A stretch of 63,329 nucleotides of DNA, the filler included, from Reclinomonas americana ATCC 50394 (Eukaryota), in assembly GCA_048213135.1 (NCBI GenBank). It is 12 parts of 12 records of this genome, joined end to end, with 100 filler letters (N's around TTAATTAATTAA, not from the genome) between each part and the next. Parts side by side here need not be neighbours in the genome. Positions count along the whole stretch, not along the records: positions 1 to 14,669 come from AFZH01018470.1; positions 14,770 to 17,249 come from AFZH01018474.1; positions 17,350 to 21,580 come from AFZH01018475.1; positions 21,681 to 24,680 come from AFZH01018476.1; positions 24,781 to 33,053 come from AFZH01018477.1; 7 more parts are not named here. One strand, written 5' to 3'. The stretch's first letter is position 1, and each line of letters starts with the position of its first letter. This document shows, one piece after another, positions 13,721-25,046 of the stretch. The translations under genes were made by a program, and so were the position numbers. Below the pieces are notes generated by a model that saw nothing but the letters and a program-made list of their open reading frames with translations, was not told the origin of the DNA and did no database searches.

Positions 13721-14322
13721 GCGTTTACGCAAGCCGCTGGCGTAGACACTATGCATATGCATATGTGCGCCACGAAATCCCCTCGATCGCGAGGCCAACA
13801 CGCGTTTGATTGGCCTTTGCCTCCTGCAAGGGAAGATGACAGTTGGAGAAGATTATCTATGTGTAACTCACCGCGGAATGCGAGTGGAGTGGGAGTGAGG
13901 GTGGCGCAGCCGAGGAATGCAATACTGCGCACATACGTTTGTACTTTACATGTACATGAGTTCGATTTCATCGCGAACACGCACGCAGAAGAGACTGCAG
14001 CTGGCCTCAAGATTGGTGATTGTGTGGTAAGTGCTGTGCGTGCTGCTGGTTCTTGTTCGTCAAGACAGCTGCTGTTCAGGTTTGCTTGTTCATTGCTGAA
14101 CGATTTTGAAGTTGCACTGCGGTCATTGGATCTCGTGCGTTGAATGCGTATACGTTGCCGCTTTCGACGTACGCGTACAATGCACGGTCTGTGTCTCTAT
14201 CACAGATCGCACTTGTACGGCTGTCCTGTTGAGTCAGTCATCAACCGATTTCACTCATGCATTTGCGAACTCACCACACACTTCTCCTCCTTCCCATCCT
14301 CCTCGTCACCACTGTGTGCGTG

Positions 14323-14571
14323 ATGGCAAGCAGTCATCGCCACCGCGACAGAGACAGAGACATGATCGCAGTGTCAGCCAGTGGGCAAGAGGTCGACAGT
14401 GATGACAATGAGGAGAGTGCAGAGGAGGCATTTGCGCGGGATTCTGCGGCACTGGTGACAGAGGAGTACGATGACTCACCGCGGAATGCGAGTGGAGTGG
14501 GAGTGGGAGTGGCGGGAGGAGGCGCGCAGGCGAGGGCGTATGCGCGGTCGGTGGAGGTGTCGATGAGGGTG
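14323..14571 (+). CDS. First exon of a hypothetical protein (acidic/low-complexity N-terminus); remainder lost in gap
   Basis: ATG at 14323, coding-like composition, G|GTGAGT donor at 14572. Confidence 0.5.
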
Positions 14572-14669
14572 GTGAGTGGAAGGGAGAGAGGAGAGAGGAG
14601 AGGAGAGGGAGAGGAGAAGTGAGTGTGTGTGTGTTGTCTTTCTCTTTCTCTCACTCTCTCTCTCTCTCT

Positions 14670-14769
14670 NNNNNNNNNNNNNNNNNNNNNNNNNNNNNNN
14701 NNNNNNNNNNNNNTTAATTAATTAANNNNNNNNNNNNNNNNNNNNNNNNNNNNNNNNNNNNNNNNNNNN
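14670..14769. other. Artificial scaffold-gap linker N44-TTAATTAATTAA-N44; also at 17250-17349, 21581-21680, 24681-24780, 33054-33153, 34297-34396, 44797-44896, 51065-51164, 53626-53725, 60198-60297, 61716-61815
   Basis: Identical 100-bp spacer with stops in all six frames; the DENN, CD36, PPR and cupin genes continue across it. Confidence 0.98.
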
Positions 14770-15389
14770 AGGGCAAATACACATTTCTCATTCCTCAGTT
14801 GCTTGCTCAAATACCGAACAACACAACGGAAGAGTACAAAAACGCACAACACTGCACAGACACAAGTACAGCACGACACAACACGGAGCGACGCAGTACA
14901 AACCAAGACGAGTTCTCGCTCCACATGCAGTGTTTCCCACAGAAACAGCAAGCGCTCTATCGACGGCTCAACGGTAGCGCACAACAAGTGTAGCGAAGAA
15001 AACGTGAGACCGCACAAAAACAGATGTCACTCTCTCACATACAATGATTCCACAGAAACAAATACAGTCACAAAAGGCACAAAACGAAACAAAGCCATCG
15101 TCCCTCATAATGCGCGCTCTCAATTCGACTCGATCACTACCCTGCACATCAGCAATGCACAGCACGCGAAGACGCGGCACGAAAACCCAATCGTTTGCTC
15201 CACTCACTCCACCGCAGACACAAACATTAACGCTCTCACAAACTCAAACACGGCACGCCACACCACAGAATCTCTTTCCTTGTGCACACTCTCGATCATT
15301 GCGCAGCACATTTGCAAGACGCAGACCCTCATACTCTTTTCTCTCTTCCCGCCCCTCCCTCATTCCCTTCCCTGTTATCCCTCACCCAC

Positions 15390-17201
15390 CTCCTCAATTG
15401 GCATCTTCTTCAGCATGGGGATCATGGACGTGTGCATGCCAATCAACCACGGCATCGGCGCCGTGAGATAATCCAGCAGTTTCTTGGGCAAAATCGGGAT
15501 GAAAATGTGCTGCGCCGAACAGTGAGGCGACACGCAAGAGAGGACGAGGTGACGCGAGACGAGGATTAACCTGCCACCGGAATGGGTAGAGCATGGAGGT
15601 GCACGCTTGCATGCATGTGGACACGGTGGCGAGGTTGCGAGACGTGAGCAAAATGCGGCGTTCCTCGAGCAAGGCGGCAAAGATCTGTGTAACGGGTGGC
15701 GTGAGTGCGATGGGTGCGAAGGAGAAGGTGGGTGGTGCAGTGTGTTACCTTGACGACGCCATCTGCACCGCAGGAGGCGAATAACCGCTCGACGCGAACC
15801 TGCGGGATGAGAGAGGTTGAGCATCGCGGTCACCCATTCCCATCTTCTTATCCCTCCCAACTGACCTGCGTGATTGGCGGATTCTCCTGGTTGTCCTCAA
15901 AGGTGAACTCGCGTGTAATGGTCTGTCCACCAAAGCCAAACTCATCCTCGGCCTCGATGGAGAACGTCACGGGTGGTGGTCCCTGTGGCGACAGACGTGA
16001 GATCCTCTGTGATTGGGGAAGAGAGAAATATATAATGGACGCACTGGAATCTTGCACAGCTGCGTCATGAACGGGATGAGGAAGCTGTTCAGGCTCACAC
16101 GGAGCTCCTCCAGTGTCTTCAAAATGTGCATGAACAGGCCGTAGTATTCGCTGTGGAGATGGGGAAGAAAGAGTGAGCCGAAGGGGGGAGGAAAACATGC
16201 AATTGAGCGATTCTTTACGCAACAATGACGAAATGATGCAGAGACACTCGACCGAGTACACCTCTCGGCCATCATCCAGCAATGTCGGCGCCACCAATCG
16301 CTTGCAGTACCCAAAATGACGACCTCCAGACGAGTCCGTCAGTGCAAACGTGAACATTTCGCTGCGGGTGGGGAGAAAAGTGAGAAGAAGGAGCGGGGAG
16401 GAGAGGGGAGCAAGGGGAGAAGAAGAAGATGTGCAAGAAGAGGCAGAACATGGTAAAGAAGAAGAGGGGGAGAGGAGGAGCATCAAAGTTGCGCAATGAG
16501 TGCAAGGACGAGTCGGATGTGTCTCTCACAAATACAATCGCTGCCTTCGACATTCGACGTGTGAGTTGATGTATGTCTGATCAGAATGGCACACACGGAG
16601 AGACACTGGAGAGTGTGCTGCCCGACCAAACAGGCTCTCTCTCTCTCTCACACACACACGCGCGCGCGCACACACACATAAACACAAACACAAGCGCATT
16701 TCGACGCGTGAGATTGGAAGGGTACGCGTGATAACAAAGGCGCACGTGCGCAATACAGCGAGAGATAACAATCCTTCTCTCTCCGTGTGTGTGTGTGCGT
16801 GTGTGTGTCTCTTCCTCCTCGCCCTTTCTCCTCTATCCATCTCTCTCACTCTCTCTCTCCTTGCGCGTGGGTGCAATCTTCCAAGGCGTACTTATAGTGA
16901 CACGATACTCTTGTTCGCGTGCGATACCAAGCTCCCAGCACCCCACACATCTCCTGATCTCACAGAGCTACGAGCCGCCTTTCTCCCCTACTCTGCGCCA
17001 ATGTATTTCAAGTCTCCCGCCCTCACATCCTCGCACGAATCACCCTGCATGGGTCACAAGGAGCTCTCTCTCTCCGAGTGTGAGTGTGCGTGTGTGAGAG
17101 AAAGAGAGAGTGCGTGAGTGTGTGTGAGAGAGAAAGAGAGAAAGAGAGTGCGTGTGCCTGTGTATCTCAAGTCTCCCGCATGGAACTGTGTGTGTGTGAG
17201 A

Positions 17202-17249
<48 letters not shown>

Positions 17250-17426
17250 NNNNNNNNNNNNNNNNNNNNNNNNNNNNNNNNNNNNNNNNNNNNTTAATTA
17301 ATTAANNNNNNNNNNNNNNNNNNNNNNNNNNNNNNNNNNNNNNNNNNNNACGTACGTCGTTACGTACGTACGTACGTACGTACGTACGTACGTACGTACG
17401 TACGTACGTACGTACGACACACTCTA

Positions 17427-17500
<74 letters not shown>

Positions 17501-17925
17501 GCGCACACACAGATACAAGAGCATCCATGCATCTTCGCGCGCGAATCACACCACACAAACACACACACACACACTCTCTCTCTCTCTTCCACACAAACAC
17601 ACACACTCTCCTCTCACACAAGACACTCACAAACACGAGGTTGGCCATGACCAAGATGCCACATCGCGCACACCCTTCTCCCCCTCTCTCTCTCACGCAC
17701 ACGCAACTCATTCATCACTGTGCTCAACGGCGACGGCCACTCCGGGAAGCAGAACTCCGGCACCTGTCTCACTCGCGTGGCATCCAGCGCCCCCGCCAGT
17801 GTTCCATCCTCCTCCACGGCATCGACTTGCTGCAGCACACACGGTGCCTTGTTGGTGTCGCCGTGGTCGGGGAAGCCGACTTGGAAGAAGTGTGAGAGGA
17901 GGTGTGACGATGAAGGCGATGGCAT
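15390..17925 (-). CDS. DENN-domain Rab GEF (DENND1/connecdenn-like); multi-exon, spans a gap, 3' end missing
   Basis: Motifs [80 protein letters not shown]. Confidence 0.92.
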
Positions 17926-18923
17926 TGACTTGATGATGATCAAAGTGGAGTTACCGTGAAGCTGTGCGCGAAATGGAAATCGTGATCACGTGAGGCGTAA
18001 CCCTGCACTAATCGAGGAACCAAGCCCAGGCAAAGTCTTGCAGCGGTAGGCTTCACGAGTAATCGCTCTCGGAGCTTCAGGACGACGGCTGCGATCTTTC
18101 GAATTTCGATATCGACTACTGCGCATGCCTTGCTTGCTTCGAATTCGAATTCGAATTCGCAGATCCGGACCCGCAGCGCTAGCGCTATCCGGATTTCCGT
18201 ACTGCTGGAATAATATCGCGGTTTCAGAAAGTGAAAATACGACCGGAGTCTGCACATTCTCCTCTCGGTTTTCACTTTCTTTCCTTTCTCGAATTTGACG
18301 TGTTCGAACGCAAAAATGCACACCTCCACAACAACAACTTTACTAATCCAAACAGCAACACAGCTGCATGATGATCACCATCTTGAGTGAGCACCAGAAA
18401 CTCAGACATCACGGGAAAAAAGCGAGAAAAAATCGAGATGGCTAATGCAGGCGTTTCTGCAAGAGAAACCACGGCTCATGACAAGCATGGCTTTGACGCC
18501 GAATTCCACAAAGGAAACGAGAAAGATAGCACGAGGCGTTGGTGTCAGAACACATAGGGAAAACCAACAGAGCCAGGCAACGTGCAAGGAAGGTCCGGGA
18601 AGGAGCCAAGGTGTCAATTGAGTTGTTGTCGCTGATGATGGTGTTGCTCACGGGAGTTGTCACTGCCGCCTGTTGATCCTGGCAACGGCACCGCAATGCG
18701 CCGACCAGATGTAATGGTCGTGGCGCGCAGCGCAGCTGCACAGTTTCGACAGCAAGCGATCCGTGTCGTCACTGCTTCGACGCTCCTGAGGTGAACGGCC
18801 ATGCACCAGTTCGGCCACCAGTCCGTTTCGGGACGATGCCGCCGGAGCCACACAAACACCCGTCTTGAGGGTCCTGATCCGAGAAAGAAGCAAAGCAGTG
18901 GAAGCGTCGTTGTTGTTGAGACT

Positions 18924-19940
18924 TTACTCGAACACCACCGGCTGCGCCAGACACCGATACAAAACAACTTCCGCCTCCTCGACAAGGAAACACCGCAGCA
19001 CAGTCTCCGCAAGACAGCGGCGATCCGCTTCCGCCAGCATCTCCTGGACGGACCACGTCGCTCGGCGTGCCACCTCGAGCTCGTCACGAGCCAGGCCACG
19101 AGGTGTGCACCATGCACGCACCGTGTCGTCGCCACTGCCACTCACGATGTGCTCACCATCGCGAGTAACGGCGACACACCACACCACCTCTTCGTGCCCC
19201 TCTAGCCGTTGCACTTCCTCGCCACTCGTCAGCGACCACACGCGCACCGTCGAGTCATCACTGCCACTGACAATGTGCTCACCATCGGGAAGGACGGCGA
19301 CAGATCGCACCGTGCCAGTATGCTCTTTCAACCGTCTCACTTCTTCTCCAGTGCTCAAGGACCACACTTGCAAGGCCTTGCCAGCCACAATCACCACATG
19401 CCGCCCGTCGGGAGTGACGGCCACAGACCACACCGCACCAGCAAGCCCCCCCAACAGTCGCACCTGCTTTCCACTCGCCATGGACCACACACGCACGAGC
19501 TTGTCATCGCCGCCACTCACAACGTGCTGACCATCAGGAGTCATGGCGACACTCCACACCCACCCATTGTGCCGCTCGAACAGTCGCACCTCCTCGCCAC
19601 TCGCCAGCGACCACACCCGCACCGTGTTGTCATTGCTGCCACTCACAATGAACTGACCATCGCGACTGACGGCGACAGCCCGCACCCACCACGTGTGTCC
19701 CTTCAATCGTCGCACCTCCTCCCCAGTCGCCAGCGACCACACTCGCACTGTGTGGTCATCGCCTCCACCCACCACATGCTGACTGTCGGGAGCGACGGCG
19801 ACGCACATGACTACCTCGTGTCCCTTCCATTGTCGCACCTCGTTCCCGCTCGCCAGTGACAACACTCGCAAGGTGTTTTTGTCGGCAATCACAACGTGCT
19901 GGCCGTCGGGAGTGACGGCGAATTCACGCCTAACCACGCA
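18924..19940 (-). CDS. WD40-repeat protein, paralogue of 138-1232, with C-terminal tail; 5' end uncertain or frameshifted
   Basis: About 7 WD repeats closely similar to the first gene; tail TPRGLARDEL...VLRCFLVEEAEV. Confidence 0.88.
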   Translation of the reverse strand, partial: CVVRREFAVTPDGQHVVIADKNTLRVLSLASGNEVRQWKGHEVVMCVAVAPDSQHVVGGGDDHTVRVWSLATGEEVRRLKGHTWWVRAVAVSRDGQFIVSGSNDNTVRVWSLASGEEVRLFERHNGWVWSVAMTPDGQHVVSGGDDKLVRVWSMASGKQVRLLGGLAGAVWSVAVTPDGRHVVIVAGKALQVWSLSTGEEVRRLKEHTGTVRSVAVLPDGEHIVSGSDDSTVRVWSLTSGEEVQRLEGHEEVVWCVAVTRDGEHIVSGSGDDTVRAWCTPRGLARDELEVARRATWSVQEMLAEADRRCLAETVLRCFLVEEAEVVLYRCLAQPVVFE

Positions 19941-20088
19941 GTGGAGGCAGTTGCGAAGGAAGAACGGGGGTGAGGGAGGCATATGTGACAGAGAGGGGAG
20001 AGAGGGAGAGAGGGAGACAAGCAGTCAGAAGACAGACACACAGCGAGAGAGAATGTGTTGTGTGTTGTGTGTTGTGTGTTGTGTGTTG

Positions 20089-20126
<38 letters not shown>

Positions 20127-20672
20127 TGTGTGTGTGTGTGTGTGTGTGTAGGGTTACCCGCCACCAAGGCGAAATCGCAGGCCGATTGGAGACTTACCTT
20201 CATTTTTGTCACACACGAGAGATGGTGAGTGGTGCGGCGTTTCGCGGCACTTGTGTGCTGGAGAGGCGGTGGCGGTGGATTAGAGAACGGTGCCTTTTCC
20301 TTCTGTCTTTGAGGGAGGCGTGGGAGGGGAGTGAAAGGAAGTGTGTGTTGTGCATGTCATGCGCATGCATGGCGCTGACTTTGTTGCGCCCCCTTCCCTC
20401 GCTCCCTCTCTACCGCTTTCCCTCGTATGTGTGTGTGCTGTCTTAGGTCAGTGACTGTTTCTGCCGTGAGTGAGAGTGCGGGTGAATGAGCGTGACGAGT
20501 AGACAAAAAGTGTGTCATGTGCATGGTCAGCACGCACGCACACACGCACACACGCACAACAGAGCAGGCTTATCTGTGAGGCAACTCACGTGATCTGCTA
20601 CCACCACTTGAGCAAGCACGCCTTGCTGTCTCTCCTCTCTTCTTGTGTCTCTTGTGCTTGTTGGTTAGCGAC

Positions 20673-21326
20673 ATGGTGACCGCGCGTTGCTCTTCACAAG
20701 AACGCGCGGCAGCACTGTGTGTTTTGATTACGTGTGCATGCATCGAGAGGGATGGAGAGACGCTGCTTCGTGTTCTTCACTGGTCGTGCGTGTGTTGAGC
20801 GAGCGAGAAGAGTCATGTCCACTGCTTTCACGCACACTGTTTCTCTCGTCCTTCTCCCCTCCGTTGCACCGCGCGAGTACGCCTCTCTCTCCACCCAGTG
20901 TGTGTGACCATGTCTCGCTAGTGAGAATGCCCTTTGCCCGACGCCCGTGCGACATGGTGCTCACTCTTGCACACGCACACTCGCAGACCACCCGGTTGAA
21001 GAAGAACCGCAAGAAGCGCGGCCACGTCTCGGCTGGTCACGGTCGTATCGGCAAGCACCGCAAGCATCCAGCGGGTCGCGGTAACGCTGGTGAGTCGCAT
21101 CCCTCTTCTCATCCAAATCACACGGATGCGCGTGAGTCTCACTCTTCCGTGTAATCCAGGTGGCCAACACCACAATCGCATCATGATGGACAAGTAGTTG
21201 CGTACCTGCCTCTCATTACTACCATCCCTCTATGTTTCCTTGTGCTCACGCTCATCTCCACTCCACAGCCATCCTGGTTACTTCGGCAAGGTCGGCAACC
21301 GCTACTTCCACAAGACCAACAACCAG
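20673..21326 (+). CDS. RPL27A: 60S ribosomal protein L27a (uL15), 5' part; exons ATG(20673 or 20954), 20987-21089, 21160-21196, 21269-21326; 3' end in gap
   Basis: Spliced [62 protein letters not shown] is the uL15 signature. Confidence 0.97.
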
Positions 21327-21406
21327 GTGAGCACGCACACTCCTTCTCTCTCTCTCTTTTCTCTTTCCCCATCTCTCTCCACGAAAGAGTGGAGGAGTGC
21401 ACACAT

Positions 21407-21507
21407 GCGCGCCATGATCGAGTGTCTTGATAACACGTTCGCAGTAACCCCTGAGGTGGCCGAAAGGTCATCAATGCAGTTCTTTATGCCTTCCTTAGTC
21501 TGAGCGC
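21407..21507 (+). ncRNA. U14: U14-like box C/D snoRNA in an RPL27A intron
   Basis: Terminal GCGC/GCGC stem, degenerate box C ATGATCG (21414), domain A CGTTCGCAGT (21436-45), GAAA-tetraloop hairpin, domain B TGCCTTCCTTAG (21487-98), box D CTGA (21500). Confidence 0.85.
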
Positions 21508-21544
21508 CCATTCAAACTCCTTCTTCTCCCCTTCCCCCCCCACT

Positions 21545-21580
21545 CGAGTGATGAAAGATGTGATTGGCTCACTCTCATTC
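21545..21580 (+). ncRNA. Possible 5' end of a second intronic box C/D snoRNA, truncated by the gap
   Basis: Perfect box C GTGATGA at 21548, about 40 nt after U14; no box D visible. Confidence 0.35.
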
Positions 21581-21697
21581 NNNNNNNNNNNNNNNNNNNN
21601 NNNNNNNNNNNNNNNNNNNNNNNNTTAATTAATTAANNNNNNNNNNNNNNNNNNNNNNNNNNNNNNNNNNNNNNNNNNNNTGAGAGAGAGAGAGAGA

Positions 21698-24600
21698 ATG
21701 AAGTCTCGCGGGTGCTTTTGGTGCGGCTTCACCTGGCTCATTCTCGGCCTCGGCCTCGTCGCTCTCGGCATCACGGCCTACTTTGTGCTGAAGACGACGC
21801 TGGAGCAGGGCATCAAGGACCAGACGCTCATCAAGCAAAACACGCAGGGATTCACCGCCTGGGCCAACAACTACAATGTCGACCCCAACAGAGAGGACAC
21901 TGTGCCCACGTATAATCAGTTGCGCATGAAGGAGGGAGGGAGAGAGAGGGTGGAGGAGAAGAGAGAAGAGGAGAGGGAAATGTCCGAGTTTTTTCTTGCG
22001 CGCTCTCTCTCTTGTGTTGCTGTTGTGTTGTGTATGAGAGAGAGAGTGCACGAGGAGAGAGTGCGTATGTGTGTGTGTGTTTGCGGGCAAGGGATGTTCT
22101 GCGATTCCTTTATTCCAATCACGTGTATCAGTCACTTGCGCGCGCGCGTGCGTCTCTCTCCTCTTCTCTCTCTGTGTGTGTGCACTGTGTGTGTATGAGG
22201 GAGAGAGAGAGATGTGCACGCGCGTCACTCGGGAACAATCAGTGTGCAATCAAAGTTCGCATTCGCTTTTCCCGAGTGTGAATGCGTGAGTGTGTGTGAG
22301 GAAGAATAAGGAACTGTCACTCCACACACGCGCTCTTATGCACTCTCACTGATGCACTTCCGATTGCGCTTGTCTATTGTGATTGTGTGTGTGCATCGCG
22401 GCTCCTTGTGTTGATTATTGACCATATTTGGTGGGCAGGTTTTACATGTGGAACATTACGAACCTCGAGGAGTCGCTGACGATGGGCACCAAGCCGCACT
22501 TCGAGGAGGTCGGCCCGTATGTGTACAAGTTGCGTCTTGATTGGTGTTGTGCGTGAGTTGATTGGTGTGTGCTGGCGGGAGAATAATTGAGGAGGGGAGG
22601 GAGGGAAAGGAGAGATGGGGAAGGGGGAGGAGGCAGGGGAAGGGACAGAAGAGAGAGTAATATCGTCATAATTCGTGCCTTCTTTGCGATTGTTGTGGTT
22701 GGAATGATCGGTGTTTTGCGTGGTGTGCTGGCGGGATAATATTTGCGCGTGGATGGCCAGAGGGTGAAATGGGAGATAGAGGGAGAGGGAGAGGGGGAAA
22801 GAAGAGAGAGTAATATCGTCAAGACACGTGCTTTCTTTGCTTGTGTTTGATTGGTGTATGTGGCGAGTGAGGAAGAGCGAGAAATGGAGTGCAGAGAGTA
22901 ATTGATATCGACATAATTCGTGCATTGTTTGCGCTTGTTGTGTGTGGATTGGTTGATGCTAGCGTGTGCTGGCGGAAAATTGAGCGTGGATTGCGAAAGA
23001 GGGGAAGGGAAAGAGTAGGAAAGCAGAGAGAGGGAGAGAGAAGCGGATGGGGCAGAGAGGGAGCAATATCGTCAGAATTCGTTGTGCTGGCGTGCGGGTT
23101 GATTGATGTTTTGCGTGTGGTGAGAATAGCAAAGAGTGTGAGTGAGAGAGAAGGAGAGGAATGCGTGCTATGTCTTCAGAATGGATTCTGCGCGATTGAA
23201 GTTGGGAATCGGGCGCTCTTGATGTCTCTCTCACTCTCACGTGTAACTGATTCTTCGCTGGTGAAAGAGAGATTTTGCGGTCAGTATTGAGAGGGAGAAA
23301 CAGAGACGCTGACTGGGTATATTGAGGCATACGTATTCTCCTTGAATGACAGATAGCTGCGACAGGAAGCAGCAGATAACTCAGTCGGGAAAACAGCTTG
23401 TCCTCTCCGCTCTCTGTGTGTTTTTCTTTCTTTCTTTTTTCTTTCTTCTTCTTCTTCTTCTCTCTCTTTCTCTCTCTCTCTCTCTCCCTGTTCCTTCGTT
23501 CATCTCTCCATTTGACTTCAGCCACGCAGCAACTTCAACGAAGTCATGCCGATCGAACTATATCTTGCACTCTGCTCGTTGTTCTCTCTCTCTCTCTCAC
23601 ACACACTCTCTGTATGCGTGTGTGTGTATTTGTGTGTTTATTCTTTCTTTCTTTGTTCACCAGACACACATCAGCTTTCGAAGAGAGGACACGATTTTCT
23701 TGCTCATGTTCTCAATCATGTATCGCAAGTACACCGACCATCATCATGGCGCAACAGCCGTGCGCAGTCTTTCTCTCCCTCCAGTCTCTCTTTCCCGTTC
23801 ACCCATCCCCCTTCTCTCTTTCCCTTTTCTACGCATCATCTCATCATCATCGCCCTCAGGAAACTGCAAACACGCGTGCCAGTCTCCTTCAAGGACGACA
23901 TTGTCACGTACGTGCAGTGGACGCGCTACATGTTCGACCCCGACTCCACACCCGCCCATCTCAGCGTCAACGACAAGATCACCAATGTCAATCAGCGTTG
24001 CGTCGTCGTTGCCTTGCCTCCCCCCTTTGCCTTCCCCTCACTTCTTCCTCCGCCCGCCTCGCAGTCTACATTGGCGCCATGGCTCAGGCCGGCGGCGAGG
24101 AGGGCATCGCCCTGCTGGGCCTCACGGGCTTTGTGACGCGCCAGATCTACAATTTGTATATGTCAGACGCGTTTATGATCCCGGTCAAGACGGGCATGCG
24201 TGCATCCATTCTCACCTCGTTCTGGGAGGCCGCCAAGAAGGTCTACAGCGACCCCGGTGATCTGGCCAAGGCACTCGATGCGATCGGCAAGGCCAGTCGC
24301 ACCGATGGCTCCTGCTCGCAGTTCCTGCCGCCGGTGGCCGAGTGCCAGCAGTATTTGGGTTCGCTGACCACCGGCGCCGATCTGACCACGCCGCAAGTGT
24401 CGCTCTTCCTCGACACCTCCAACGGCGCCTCGCCGTTCAACACCAATGCGAACAAGTTGTGGACGGCGGCGTGCTACCAGGCGGATAAGGATGCTCTTGG
24501 TGAGTGGGAAAAGGGGAAGGTGAACTAGGGGAAGAGAGATATAATGGAGTCCTGTCAGTGGATCAACGCACGCAGCGCATCATCTCTTGTGAGCCAGGAG

Positions 24601-25004
24601 CAGAGTGTAAGGAGGAGAGAGAAAATGTGGGAGAGAGTCATAGCGCACTCAGCAGATCATAGCCTGTGAGGAATGTGAAANNNNNNNNNNNNNNNNNNNN
24701 NNNNNNNNNNNNNNNNNNNNNNNNTTAATTAATTAANNNNNNNNNNNNNNNNNNNNNNNNNNNNNNNNNNNNNNNNNNNNAGCATGCAGTGAGCGGGAGA
24801 GAAATGTGAGAAACAGCACGCTCTTGGAACTGGCACATTGTCGACTTGCATGTTGTGAAGGAGCAGAGTGAAAGCGAGAGCAATGTGCGTCGCTTTCTTC
24901 TTGCGAAATCGAACGCGACAGAGAACCAATGGCATCGTCTTTTTCACCCTTTCCAGAAAAGAGTGTAGCAACTCTCCGTTTTCAATCCTCACCAATCCGT
25001 TTGT

Positions 25005-25046
<42 letters not shown>

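Noticed and set aside
14714..14725. Recurring TTAATTAATTAA motif
   Set aside because: Artificial six-frame-stop linker
17350..17415. (ACGT)n tracts at contig ends (also 44708-44796, about 51000-51064)
   Set aside because: Occur only at contig edges after long microsatellites; typical low-quality pyrosequencing flow noise
18138..18159. Heat-shock element
   Set aside because: GAA/TTC units abut with no 2-nt spacing, so they do not fit nGAAnnTTCn
21451..21472. CTGAG..GGCCGAAAGGTC resembling a hammerhead
   Set aside because: Lacks the CUGANGA core and the downstream GAAA; explained as the U14 internal hairpin
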